A DNA stretch of 64,000 bases from Oscillospiraceae bacterium (GTDB taxonomy: Bacteria; Bacillota; Clostridia; Oscillospirales; Ruminococcaceae), in contig JAVBNO010000019.1 of NCBI GenBank assembly GCA_031551485.1, forward strand, positions 7,574 to 71,573. Direction: 5' to 3'. The notes under the pieces are model-generated. The model did no database searches, had not been told where the DNA came from, and saw nothing but the letters and a program-made list of their open reading frames with translations. This document shows, in pieces, positions 18,523 to 28,351 of this stretch; the stretch's first letter is position 1, and each line of letters opens with the position of its first letter. The position numbers and the translations under genes are program-made.

Positions 18523-18558
18523 AAAATTGCGTGTGCGCTAAGTGCACACGCAATTTTT
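18523..18558 (+). terminator. Strong intrinsic terminator or attenuator after mglB paralog 3
   Basis: 14-bp stem AAAATTGCGTGTGC / GCACACGCAATTTT followed by T-rich sequence. This matches the classic mglB-|-mglAC polarity arrangement. Confidence 0.8.
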
Positions 18559-18649
18559 GGAATCCATTGATTTTCGTTTTGACTTATGGCACAATGTGGT
18601 TATTCAAACACGGCGTGCATTCCCTGATTACGGTATGGGGGGCAAGTGA

Positions 18650-20164
18650 ATGGCAGCGGATTACATATTGGAAATGCAACATGTCTCGAAAGAATTTCCC
18701 GGCGTAAAAGCGCTTGACAATGTGACATTGAAGGTGCGGCCCGGTACGGTGCATGCGCTCATGGGTGAGAACGGCGCGGGTAAATCTACGCTGATGAAAT
18801 GCCTGTTTGGCGTATACAGAATGGATTCGGGCGTTATCTTGTTGGACGGAAAACCGGTGCACATCGACAATCCTTTAGACGCGCTGAAAAAAGGAATTGC
18901 CATGGTACACCAGGAACTGCAGCCGATTCCCGAGCGGAGTATCGGCGAGAATATTTTTTGCGGCCGTTATCCCATGAAAAGAGCATTGGGCGTGTTTCCC
19001 ATTGTGGATCACGACAAAATGTATAATGAAACGGCACGGCTTTTAAAAGAAGTGCATATGAATTTTGACCCCAAGGCGAAGTTGCGAAGCTTATCGGTTT
19101 CCCAAATGCAGTCAGTGGAAATTGCCAAGGCAGTTTCGGCCAGCGCCAAAATTGTGATTATGGACGAGCCGACGTCTTCGCTGACAGAGCACGAGGTGCA
19201 GACGCTGTTTACCATTATTCGTGATTTGCAGAAAAAGGGCTGCTCTATCATCTATATTTCTCACAAGATGGAGGAGATCCTTCAGATATCCGACGACGTA
19301 AGCATTATGCGAGACGGACAATATATTGGCACGTGGCCGGCCAAAGAGCTGACCACCGACACGATCATTACCCGGATGGTGGGCCGGGAGCTGACAAACC
19401 TGTATCCGCCCAAAAGCAATGTGCCGGGCGAAGTGGTTTTGGAAGTCAAGGATTTTACTTCCATCTCTGAAAAAAGCTTTAAAAATGTGAATTTTAATTT
19501 GCGCAAGGGCGAGATTTTGGGCCTTAGCGGCCTTGTGGGTGCCCAGCGCACCGAGCTTGTGGAGGCTATATTCGGCATTCGCGGGTCGGTGGGCGGCGAG
19601 ATTACATATCGTGGGCAAAGGCTGAAGATTAACCGGCCTCATGACGCCATCACCAAGGGCATTGCCCTTTTGACCGAAGATAGGCGGGCAACCGGTATTT
19701 TCGGCGTGCTTTCAGTAGAGGACAATGTATCCATTGCCTCGCTGGACCAGTACATCAAATTTCATTTGATGCTGGACGCCAAAAAGATTGATAAACTTGT
19801 AAAAGACAATATTTCCAAATTGAACATTAAAACCCCCAGCAGCAAGACAAGGATGCAGTCGCTGTCGGGTGGTAATCAGCAAAAGGCGATTATCAGCCGG
19901 TGGCTGGCCAACGACCCGGACATTTTGATTTTGGACGAACCCACCCGCGGCATCGACGTGGGCGCGAAATATGAGATTTATACCATCATTGCCAACTTGG
20001 CCAAAGAAGGCAAAAGCATTATTATGATATCGTCGGAAATGCCGGAGCTGATTGGCATGTCCGACAGGATTATGGTCATGTGCGATGGGCGTGTGACAGG
20101 ATTTGTGGAAAGCGCCGATATGACCCAGGAGAAAATTATGGGCCTGGCCACCCAATTTTCGTAA
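18650..20164 (+). CDS. mglA: Galactose/methyl-galactoside ABC transporter ATP-binding protein (duplicated ATPase)
   Basis: 504 aa with two ABC cassettes (GENGAGKST, SVSQMQ, IVIMDEPTS; second signature LSGGNQQK, ILILDEPTRGID). Confidence 0.9.
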   Translation: MAADYILEMQHVSKEFPGVKALDNVTLKVRPGTVHALMGENGAGKSTLMKCLFGVYRMDSGVILLDGKPVHIDNPLDALKKGIAMVHQELQPIPERSIGENIFCGRYPMKRALGVFPIVDHDKMYNETARLLKEVHMNFDPKAKLRSLSVSQMQSVEIAKAVSASAKIVIMDEPTSSLTEHEVQTLFTIIRDLQKKGCSIIYISHKMEEILQISDDVSIMRDGQYIGTWPAKELTTDTIITRMVGRELTNLYPPKSNVPGEVVLEVKDFTSISEKSFKNVNFNLRKGEILGLSGLVGAQRTELVEAIFGIRGSVGGEITYRGQRLKINRPHDAITKGIALLTEDRRATGIFGVLSVEDNVSIASLDQYIKFHLMLDAKKIDKLVKDNISKLNIKTPSSKTRMQSLSGGNQQKAIISRWLANDPDILILDEPTRGIDVGAKYEIYTIIANLAKEGKSIIMISSEMPELIGMSDRIMVMCDGRVTGFVESADMTQEKIMGLATQFS

Positions 20165-20226
20165 TGCCGGCTGGCGTGTATTTTGCATATTGATGCCGGT
20201 GTGCGGCAGAATGGAGTGTAGCGAAT

Positions 20227-21291
20227 ATGGAGCAATCCAAGTCTTCCCCTGAATTTGACAGCAAGGCCATCGGGCACTTTTTAGAGAATAACGCCATTAT
20301 TCTGCTAATGGTGCTTGTAGCTGTGTTTGTCGGCATTGCCCGGCCAACTTTTGTCTCTTTTGCCAATATCCGCAATCTGGCCATGAACACCTCGGTGCGG
20401 TTTGTTATTGCATTGGGTGTGTCGGGCTGCTTGATTACCAAGGGTACCGACCTTTCCGCCGGCCGTGTGGTGGGATTGGCCGCCTGCCTGTCCGCCACCC
20501 TTTTGCAGAAGGCGGATTACAGCGCCAAAGTACTTAAGAATGTGGGCGAACTTAACATCCTGCTGGTTTTGGGCGCAGTCGTTTTCATTTGTGCCTTTGT
20601 CGGCTTTTTGAACGGTGCGGTCATCTCTTGGCTGAAGGTACCGCCCTTCCTTTCTTCGCTGGGTATGCAGACACTGGTGTATGGTATCTGTCTTGTTTTG
20701 ACCGGAGCACAGCCTATTGGCGGCCTGCGCAGCAACTATACCCATATCTCCAGCGGACAGCTGAAAGATATGGTTGGCGCCATTATCGGCAAGCCACTGA
20801 CCGGCTTTTTTGCTTCTGTTTTAAGCATCCCCTATTTGTTCCTAATTGCCCTTGGGCTCGGTTTGTTTATGTGGTTCCTTTACAATAAAACAAAGCACGG
20901 CAAATATATGTACGCCATTGGCGGCAACGAAAACGCGGCCGAAGTCAGCGGCGTTAACACCAGCAAAACGAAAATTTTGATTTATATGCTGGCGGCCTCG
21001 CTGTATGCGGTGGCAGGCTTTTTGCTGGCCGCCAAAGCGGGCGGCGCTTCGGTTAATACCGGCATGGGTTATGAGCTGGAGGCCATTGCCGCCTGTACCA
21101 TCGGCGGCGTTTCCACCAACGGCGGCGTGGGCCGGGTGTCCGGCATTCTCATTGGCGTGCTGTTGTTCGAGCTTTTGAAAATTTCCTTGCTCTTTATGGG
21201 TGTGGAGACATCCTACACCTACATTGTGCAGGGCCTTGTCATCATCATCGCGGTTGCGCTGGATTTGCGGAAATATCTGGCCAAACGCTAA
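20227..21291 (+). CDS. mglC: Galactose/methyl-galactoside ABC transporter permease
   Basis: 354-aa polytopic protein with the ribose/galactose permease family motif TKGTDLSAGRVVGL. Confidence 0.85.
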   Translation: MEQSKSSPEFDSKAIGHFLENNAIILLMVLVAVFVGIARPTFVSFANIRNLAMNTSVRFVIALGVSGCLITKGTDLSAGRVVGLAACLSATLLQKADYSAKVLKNVGELNILLVLGAVVFICAFVGFLNGAVISWLKVPPFLSSLGMQTLVYGICLVLTGAQPIGGLRSNYTHISSGQLKDMVGAIIGKPLTGFFASVLSIPYLFLIALGLGLFMWFLYNKTKHGKYMYAIGGNENAAEVSGVNTSKTKILIYMLAASLYAVAGFLLAAKAGGASVNTGMGYELEAIAACTIGGVSTNGGVGRVSGILIGVLLFELLKISLLFMGVETSYTYIVQGLVIIIAVALDLRKYLAKR

Positions 21292-21406
21292 TAGTAGAGG
21301 GGAGCCTTTCATTATATCGGAATATTGATGGAGGGCAGAAATGTTCCGGAGCGCGCGGGTGGACAATTTGTCCGCCCGCGTGGTCTATGGAGGAAAGGTG
21401 AGAACG

Positions 21407-21610
21407 ATGGACAAAGGACCAATGGAGGACAAGAAAGACCAAGGGCCGCAGGGCGAAGAAGGCACCCCAGTGGACGAGCGCAACTGGAAAGAAAAGTTGT
21501 ATGATAAAATTCCGGTTTCGATGGCGACGCTGGATAAAATTATCATAGGGCTGTTTATTTTGTTGGGTTTGGCGCTTGTCATCGGCATCATCAGGGGGCA
21601 CGGCGGATAG
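21407..21610 (+). CDS. Small tail-anchored membrane protein (67 aa), hypothetical
   Basis: GGAGGAAAGG ribosome-binding site before ATG 21407. Acidic N-terminal half, then a single C-terminal TM segment (IIIGLFILLGLALVIGII). I recognise no family. Confidence 0.45.
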   Translation: MDKGPMEDKKDQGPQGEEGTPVDERNWKEKLYDKIPVSMATLDKIIIGLFILLGLALVIGIIRGHGG

Positions 21611-21715
21611 GCTTCCCTTTGGTCGGCGGTTTCGGATAATCAAATTGCGCAAAAGGACAAAAAGTGATACAATTCTTGGGAAAGAGCAATAACGGCAACG
21701 CAGAAATGGAGACAT

Positions 21716-23332
21716 GTGCCTATGAGCTTGTATCGTGTGCTTTTGGTGGATGACGAAGAAGAAATCCGGGAAGGGATTATTCAAAAAATTGATTGGGAGG
21801 GTTGCGGTTTTCAGCTGGTTGGCGGCGCTGAAAACGGCAAAGAAGCCCTGGAGATGGCGGAGCGGCTGCGCCCCGACTTGGTGATGGCGGATATTAAAAT
21901 GCCGTTTATGGATGGGCTGGAGCTTTGCAGAATTTTGGCGGAGCGAATGCCTACCATGAAACGCGTTATTTTTTCCGGCTTTGACGATTTTGAATATGCC
22001 CAACAGGCTATCAAAATGAATGTAACCGAGTACATTCTCAAGCCCATTAATGCGGCCGAACTGACCGAAATGCTGGGGCGGCTGCGGGCGCAAATGGACC
22101 GGGAAATTGACGAGCGGCGCAATGTGGAGCGTCTGGAGGAATACTACCGCCAAAGCCTGCCGATTTTGCGGGAGCAGTTTTTGAATGGACTTGTGGAAAG
22201 CCGCTTTGCCACCGAAAGCGCCAAGGATATCATCGCCCGGGCGACGCGGTATGGTTTGCAGATTGACGCCGGCTGCTGGAGCGTGGCTGTGGCGCGGGCC
22301 GACGATGTCGGCGAAGGGTCGCCCCTTGCGGTCCGGGAACTGAGGCTGTTGTCGGCGCAGAAAGTCATTGAAGAGCATTTGGAACGGTTTGGCCGTTTTT
22401 ACAGCTTTTTATACGGGGACAGCGTGACGGTGGTGGCAATGCTGCCCAGCCCGCATCTGATCTTGGAATTTGTGGAGCGGCTGGACCAAGTGTGCAAAAT
22501 AGCCCAGCGGCTGCTGGGGTTTCATTTGGCCGTGGGGGTCGGGCCGGTCTGCCACGAGCTGCCCGGTCTGCACAGCGCCTATTTGGGGGCGCTGCGGGCG
22601 GTGGATTACCGGGTGCTGACCGGGACGGACCAGGCCATTTACATTGATGATATGGAGCCTAGCACCACCGCGCCCCTGAATTTTGAGGAACAGGACGAGC
22701 GGCGGCTTTCGGGCGCCATCAAGCTGGGGACACCGGAGGAAATTAAGGAAGTGGTGGATAGCCTAATCGGCCGTTTTGGGGAACATTCCGGCGCAGGGCT
22801 TTCCTTTAACCAATATCAAATTTACCTGATGGAAATGTTGGCGGTGCTGATCAATTTGGCGCGCGCCTACCGGCTGGAACTGGATGAAGTGTTTGGAGAA
22901 GGGTTCCAGGGGTATGCCCATCTGGCGGATTTTGACTCGCTGAAAAGTTTGTCGGCATGGTTTTATGACAGTTGTCTGCATATATCCACCTTCATCAAGC
23001 GAGAGCGGCTGGACGCCGCCAAGCTGACGGTGGAGAAAGCAAAGGCGTTTGTGCAGGAAAACTACCACAATACGGACATTTCGGTGGAGATGCTGTGCAA
23101 CCATTTGCATATGAGCCCGGCGTATTTTTCGACGGTATTTAAGCGGGAAGCGGGGGTAAGCTTTATCAACTACCTGACCGATGTGCGGATGGACCAGGCG
23201 GTGAAGCTTCTCAATTCCACCGAGGAAAAAACCTACGCCATTTCGGCGCTGGTGGGCTACACCGAGCCCAATTATTTTAGTTATGTGTTTAAAAAGCGGT
23301 TTGGCGTTTCACCCTCCAAGTATAGAAAGTGA
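21716..23332 (+). CDS. Response regulator, CheY receiver plus AraC-type HTH (YesN-like)
   Basis: Receiver motifs VLLVDDEEEIREG and DLVMADIKMPFMDG. C-terminal AraC HTH (YFSTVFKREAGVSFINYL … GYTEPNYFSYVFKKRFG). Confidence 0.9.
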   Translation: MPMSLYRVLLVDDEEEIREGIIQKIDWEGCGFQLVGGAENGKEALEMAERLRPDLVMADIKMPFMDGLELCRILAERMPTMKRVIFSGFDDFEYAQQAIKMNVTEYILKPINAAELTEMLGRLRAQMDREIDERRNVERLEEYYRQSLPILREQFLNGLVESRFATESAKDIIARATRYGLQIDAGCWSVAVARADDVGEGSPLAVRELRLLSAQKVIEEHLERFGRFYSFLYGDSVTVVAMLPSPHLILEFVERLDQVCKIAQRLLGFHLAVGVGPVCHELPGLHSAYLGALRAVDYRVLTGTDQAIYIDDMEPSTTAPLNFEEQDERRLSGAIKLGTPEEIKEVVDSLIGRFGEHSGAGLSFNQYQIYLMEMLAVLINLARAYRLELDEVFGEGFQGYAHLADFDSLKSLSAWFYDSCLHISTFIKRERLDAAKLTVEKAKAFVQENYHNTDISVEMLCNHLHMSPAYFSTVFKREAGVSFINYLTDVRMDQAVKLLNSTEEKTYAISALVGYTEPNYFSYVFKKRFGVSPSKYRK

Positions 23333-23344
23333 CGGAGCAGCCCC

Positions 23345-25159
23345 ATGAGCCTTTTATCGAGAATTTCCAACATCTATCGCAATCGAAGTCTCCAACTGGT
23401 CATTTCCATCTCGTTTACGATTGTGACGCTGATGGGCATGGTCTTTATGGGCATGTCACTTTTTTTGCGTTTTACCATGTCCACCGAGGCAATGGTTTCG
23501 GAGGAGAGCCGACGGGTAATCGACCAGGTGAACCTGAATATGGACGCCTATTTGCGCAATATGATGCGGGTGTCCGACTCAATGTATTACCGGGTGATCA
23601 AAAACACCGATTTGGCTACAGAGACGCTGGACGACGAGATGAACCTTTTATATGAGACCAACCGGGATGTGGTCGTCAGCATTGCTGTTTTTTCGCGCCA
23701 GGGCGCCCTTGTAACAGCCACGCCGCTGAACAACAGCAAAGTGGGTGTGACGCCGGAAACGACGGACTGGTTCCAAAACGCGATGGGCAAAATTGAAAAT
23801 TTTCATTTTTCCACTCCGCATGTACAAAACTTGTTTGAGGATCCGGACTACCGGTATCGGTGGGTGATTTCGCTGAGCCGGGCGGTTGAATTGACCACCG
23901 ACGGCAACACCCAAAACGGTGTATTGCTGGTGGATATGAACTTTAGCGGCATTGAGCAAATCTGCAAAGATGTGAGTATTGGCACCGGCGGTTATTTATA
24001 TTTAATTGACAGCGAGGGTGAGATTATTTATCATCCCCGCCAACAGTTGTTATTTTCGAATTTAATTAAAGAGAACAACAAGGCGGCAGCCAAGTACGAG
24101 GACGGCGCCCACGATGAAGTGTTTGAAGGGGAAAGTCGCCTGGTAACGGTAAAAACGGTGGGATATACCGGTTGGAAAATTGTGGGCGTTATCCCCCAGC
24201 AAAATGTGATGCAAAACGCGGCGCAAATTCGCTTGTTCGTCATATTCATCGCCTTTTTCACCATGTTCCTTATGACGTTTATCAATATGTTTGTGTCCTA
24301 TATTATCGCCAATCCCATTCGGGCGCTGGATGAATCGGTGAAGCAGCTGGAGGCAGGGGCCAAGGACGTAAACATTGCGGTGGGCGGTTCGTACGAAATC
24401 GAGCATTTGGGCCAGAGCATTCGATCGATGGTGGCGCAGATGCGCCAATTAATGGACGATGTGGTAAAAGAACACGAGGCCAAACGAAAGAGCGAGCTAG
24501 ATGCGCTGCAGTCCCAAATTAATCCCCATTTCTTATATAACACCCTGGATTCGATTATCTGGATGGTGGAGAACGGACGATATCCCGACGCCATTGCCAT
24601 GGTCACATCGCTGGCGCGCTTGTTCCGCATCGGGTTGAGCAAGGGCAAAAATATCATTACGGTGGAGGAAGAGCTGGAGCACGCCCGACACTATATGACC
24701 ATTCAGCAGATGCGGTATAAAAACAAATTTGAAGTGCGTTTTCACGCGGCGCCCGAGACGCTGGGCTTGGCGACAATTAAGCTGACAATCCAGCCAATTT
24801 TGGAAAATGCCATCTATCACGGCATGGAATTTATGAGCGGCGATGGGCTGATTGAAGTGAATACCTACCTGCAAGACGACGATTTGTACATCGACGTCAT
24901 CGACAACGGGCTGGGTATGCCGGCGGACAAAGTAATCCAGCTTTTAACATCGGGGGCGGGAAGCAGTTCCAGCGGTGGCAGCGGCATCGGCGTTAAAAAC
25001 GTGCTGGATCGGATTCAGCTGTATTTTGGACCGGAGTATGGGTTGGATATTGAAAGCGAGCCGGATGTGGGCACAACGGTGCGTATTCACCTGCCCCAAA
25101 CAACGCCGGACGCGGCCGGGGAGCAGGACGGCGTTCGCGAAGGGGGAAGCGGCCGATGA
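23345..25159 (+). CDS. Sensor histidine kinase, LytS/YesM type (two TM segments, extracytoplasmic domain, HAMP, His_kinase, HATPase)
   Basis: H-box region LQSQINPHFLYNTLDSI; N-box and G-box NAIYHG … DNGLGM … GSGIGVKNV. Confidence 0.9.
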   Translation: MSLLSRISNIYRNRSLQLVISISFTIVTLMGMVFMGMSLFLRFTMSTEAMVSEESRRVIDQVNLNMDAYLRNMMRVSDSMYYRVIKNTDLATETLDDEMNLLYETNRDVVVSIAVFSRQGALVTATPLNNSKVGVTPETTDWFQNAMGKIENFHFSTPHVQNLFEDPDYRYRWVISLSRAVELTTDGNTQNGVLLVDMNFSGIEQICKDVSIGTGGYLYLIDSEGEIIYHPRQQLLFSNLIKENNKAAAKYEDGAHDEVFEGESRLVTVKTVGYTGWKIVGVIPQQNVMQNAAQIRLFVIFIAFFTMFLMTFINMFVSYIIANPIRALDESVKQLEAGAKDVNIAVGGSYEIEHLGQSIRSMVAQMRQLMDDVVKEHEAKRKSELDALQSQINPHFLYNTLDSIIWMVENGRYPDAIAMVTSLARLFRIGLSKGKNIITVEEELEHARHYMTIQQMRYKNKFEVRFHAAPETLGLATIKLTIQPILENAIYHGMEFMSGDGLIEVNTYLQDDDLYIDVIDNGLGMPADKVIQLLTSGAGSSSSGGSGIGVKNVLDRIQLYFGPEYGLDIESEPDVGTTVRIHLPQTTPDAAGEQDGVREGGSGR

Positions 25160-26145
25160 AAAGAAAAAACGTACTCATTTTCCTTTTGCTGTTTACGCTG
25201 TTTATTGTATTGTATTATGTTTTTGCAGTGGATTTGCCCCGGATGGAAAGCCAGCGGGAGCTGATCAGCATTTCGGTGATTGTGCGGGGCGCCACCGATA
25301 ATAACTGGGCTACCGTGAAGCAGGGGATTGACCAGGCGGCGTTGGACTTACATGTGGATGTGAGCTTTATCACATTGGCCAACGAAAACGACAGGATGGA
25401 ACAGCAGTCGCTTTTGGAACGTGAAGTGGCCAACGGCGCGGACGCTGTGCTGGTGGCCGCGGCAGATTCCCAATGGATGGCGCCAGTGGTGGCTTCACTG
25501 GCGTCGCGGGTGCCGGTGGTAACCATTGAATGCCCAACCGATTCGCCCAAGGAGTCGGCGTATATCAGCGGCGATAACCGGCAAATGGGCATTATGCTGG
25601 CCGAGGAGATCATACGCAGGGGGCTGGGCCGAAGCGGCCAGCGGGTGGCAGTGATCGCCGCGGCCAACCAATGCGACAATGTACTGGAACGGCAGCAAGG
25701 CATTGTGGATACGCTGGAGATACAAAGCGAGGCCCATGTGGATGTGCTGCCGGCGGCGGATGATTTGTCCGACGTGGCCGACATTATGGAAGAAATCATT
25801 GAAAATAAAAGTGCCGATGTGGTGGTCGGGCCCGATTTGGCGGCGTTGCAGTTGGCAGCGCAGGTGCTGGGGGCGCGACAGCCGGTGCGGACGGCAGGGC
25901 CTAAAATCCTTTTGTTCGGGGTGGGGGGAACCGGTGTTATTGCACCTCATCTGGAAAAAGGCGTTGTGACGGCCACGGTGGTGCAAAATGACTTTAATAT
26001 CGGCTATTTGGGGCTGCAGGCGGCGGTGGCGGCGGTGAACGGCACCGGCGAAAAAATGGACACAACGGTGGCGTTTCATTTGATCACCCGGGAAAACATG
26101 TTTGAGCCGGACAGCCAAAAGCTGCTGTTCCCCTTTGTGCGATAG
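25156..26145 (+). CDS. Membrane-tethered periplasmic-binding-protein-fold sugar sensor (third component of the two-component system)
   Basis: ATGA overlap with the kinase stop. N-terminal TM segment (VLIFLLLFTLFIVLYYVF) followed by a PBP type-I domain. No lipobox and no transporter partner. Confidence 0.7.
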   Translation: MKRKNVLIFLLLFTLFIVLYYVFAVDLPRMESQRELISISVIVRGATDNNWATVKQGIDQAALDLHVDVSFITLANENDRMEQQSLLEREVANGADAVLVAAADSQWMAPVVASLASRVPVVTIECPTDSPKESAYISGDNRQMGIMLAEEIIRRGLGRSGQRVAVIAAANQCDNVLERQQGIVDTLEIQSEAHVDVLPAADDLSDVADIMEEIIENKSADVVVGPDLAALQLAAQVLGARQPVRTAGPKILLFGVGGTGVIAPHLEKGVVTATVVQNDFNIGYLGLQAAVAAVNGTGEKMDTTVAFHLITRENMFEPDSQKLLFPFVR

Positions 26146-26185
26146 ACGCAGCGATGAAGACAGTACAACAAAAGGCGGTGGATTT

Positions 26186-27241
26186 GTGAAACTAGTTTTT
26201 TGGAGCCGATTGCTTTGTATCATGCTTGTCATACCCGTCATCCTGTCTGGCTGCGGCTTGGCCGGACGAGGCAACACGCCGCCACCGGCGGTGACGCGCA
26301 TTAAAATTGGTGTCGCCCTCTATAAACAGGACGACACCTTTATCAGCACAATGTTTTCGTCTTTTCAGGCGGCTGCCAAAGCGTTGGAGGCCCAAAAAGG
26401 CATTACCATCACATTGAATGCGGTGGATGGCAAGGGAAGCCAAACGCTGCAAAATGAGCAAGTGGATCGCTTTTTGGTGCAGGATTATGATGTGATCTGC
26501 GTAAACATGGTGGATCGCACGGCGGCATCTGTGATCATCGACAAAGCCAAAAACGCTAACATTCCGGTGGTGTTTTTCAACAGGGAACCGGTGGAGGAGG
26601 ATATGCAGCGGTGGAGCCAGCTGTATTATGTGGGCGCGGACGCCAAACAATCGGGTGTAATGCAGGGCCAGCTGGTCATAGACTGTTACAACAACAACCC
26701 GGACGCCATTGACAAAAACGGAGATGGCAAGTTGCAGTATGTGATGCTGGAGGGAGAGCCGGGACATCAGGACGCGCTGTTGCGAACCGAGTATGCCATT
26801 AAGACGGTGGCTGCGGCGGGTATTAAAATTGAAAAACTGGCCAATGATACGGCCAACTGGCAAAGGGGACAAGCGACCACCAAAATGGCCCAATGGATTG
26901 AAAGTTTCGGCAACCAGATTGAAGTGGTGTTTTCGAACAATGACGACATGGCGCTTGGGGCAATTGACGCTTTTAAAGCGGCGGGCATTGAAGAGATGCC
27001 ACCGGTTTTCGGGGTAGATGCGACGCCGCCGGCCGTGGAGGCGGTGCGGGCCGGCCATTTGACCGGAACGGTCTTCAACGACGGAAAGAACCAGGCGAAA
27101 GTGATGTTGGATTTGTGCTATGCATTGGCGCTGCACCAAGATGCGGAAACATCGGTACCGCTGGTCGAGGATAAATATGTGTGGGTGCCTTACGCGCCCG
27201 TAACCCCGAAAACGCTGGAAACCAGCGTACCGGAGGCATAG
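26186..27241 (+). CDS. Galactose/glucose-binding lipoprotein, fourth MglB-family member (canonical pocket)
   Basis: GTG start gives the signal peptide VKLVFWSRLLCIMLVIPVILSGC (LSGC lipobox). Motifs YKQDDTF, VNMVD, FFNREP, DKNGDGKLQYVMLEGEPGHQDALLR, ANW, SNNDDMALGA, GVDA. Confidence 0.85.
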   Translation: MKLVFWSRLLCIMLVIPVILSGCGLAGRGNTPPPAVTRIKIGVALYKQDDTFISTMFSSFQAAAKALEAQKGITITLNAVDGKGSQTLQNEQVDRFLVQDYDVICVNMVDRTAASVIIDKAKNANIPVVFFNREPVEEDMQRWSQLYYVGADAKQSGVMQGQLVIDCYNNNPDAIDKNGDGKLQYVMLEGEPGHQDALLRTEYAIKTVAAAGIKIEKLANDTANWQRGQATTKMAQWIESFGNQIEVVFSNNDDMALGAIDAFKAAGIEEMPPVFGVDATPPAVEAVRAGHLTGTVFNDGKNQAKVMLDLCYALALHQDAETSVPLVEDKYVWVPYAPVTPKTLETSVPEA

Positions 27242-27277
27242 AAGTTGAGAACCATCAAAGCTGGGAGGAATGGAAAA

Positions 27278-28324
27278 ATGGTAGACAAGAGATTGTTTGG
27301 CAAAACAAGCGCCGGAGAAGAGGTGTACTTGTTCGAGATGGTGAACCAAAAGGGCGCCGTTGTGAATGTCATTGGTTATGGATGTACCGTGCAATCCATT
27401 GTTGTGCCGGACAAAAACGGCAACATGGTGGATGTCTGTCTTGGCTATAACAGCATGGAAGCCTATGAAAAAGAAGGGGCCTATATTGGCGCCGTGTGTG
27501 GCCGGGTGGCCAACCGTATTCGCAACGCATCCTTCAGCCTTGGGGGCGTGACATATCAGCTGACAGCCAATGAGGGGGCAAACCAATTGCACGGCGGTAC
27601 CAGCGGCTTCAGCCTGCGGGTATGGGACGGGTGCATTGAAGGGGAAGATGTGGTGTTCCGCCGCATTTCCGCTGATGGCGAGGACGGATTCCCGGGGAAT
27701 TTGGATGTGACGGTGCGGTACAGCTGGAGCGACGACAACCGCCTTGGGGTGCATTATACTGCCGTCAGCGATAAAGACACCCTGTTTAACCCAACCCATC
27801 ATGCCTATTTTAATCTGGCGGGAGAGGCCAGCGGGGATGTGCTTGATCAAGAGATTATGATTGCGGCCGAGGCGTATTTGCATACCGATTATGAATGGAT
27901 TGCAGACGGCGTTATCGAAACGGTAGAAGGTACACCCTTTGACTTCAGGCAGGAAAAAGCCATTGGCCGGGATATTCACGCGGATTTTGAGCAGGTGAAG
28001 AAGAGCAAAGGGTATGACCACAGTTTCATTTTGCACGGCGGACCCAAGGCGGTGGCGGCAACGGCCCGGTGCCGGGAAAACGGCATCCAGCTGGCGGTGT
28101 ATACCGATATGCCGCAAGTGCAACTTTACACCGCCAGCGGGTTTCAAAACCGGGTGGTACCGGGCAAGGGCGGCCAGCCTTACAACATGTATGCAGGCTT
28201 TTGTTTTGAGACACAGTATCCGCCGGATGCCATTAACACCCCCCAATTGACCCCAGTGCCGATTTTGAAGGCGGGAGAGCAATTTACATCGACCACTGTT
28301 TTTGCCTTTGGTCTTTCAGATTGA
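27278..28324 (+). CDS. galM: Aldose 1-epimerase (galactose mutarotase)
   Basis: GGGAGGAA ribosome-binding site. Motifs GRVANRI, LHGG, NPTHHAYFNL and FCFETQ are typical of GalM. Confidence 0.9.
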   Translation: MVDKRLFGKTSAGEEVYLFEMVNQKGAVVNVIGYGCTVQSIVVPDKNGNMVDVCLGYNSMEAYEKEGAYIGAVCGRVANRIRNASFSLGGVTYQLTANEGANQLHGGTSGFSLRVWDGCIEGEDVVFRRISADGEDGFPGNLDVTVRYSWSDDNRLGVHYTAVSDKDTLFNPTHHAYFNLAGEASGDVLDQEIMIAAEAYLHTDYEWIADGVIETVEGTPFDFRQEKAIGRDIHADFEQVKKSKGYDHSFILHGGPKAVAATARCRENGIQLAVYTDMPQVQLYTASGFQNRVVPGKGGQPYNMYAGFCFETQYPPDAINTPQLTPVPILKAGEQFTSTTVFAFGLSD

Positions 28325-28351
28325 AATATTAACGGGTTGGAGAGTTTGTAT

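Noticed and set aside
21245-22378. 377-aa minus-strand ORF opposite the response regulator
   Set aside because: It is antisense to a gene with unmistakable receiver motifs.
26192-28282. 696-aa ORF on the minus strand spanning the fourth MglB-like gene and galM
   Set aside because: It is antisense to two well-supported genes with clear family motifs. Its product is His/Arg/Gly-rich low-complexity nonsense and it has no ribosome-binding site. This is the typical stop-codon-poor antisense frame of GC-rich coding DNA.
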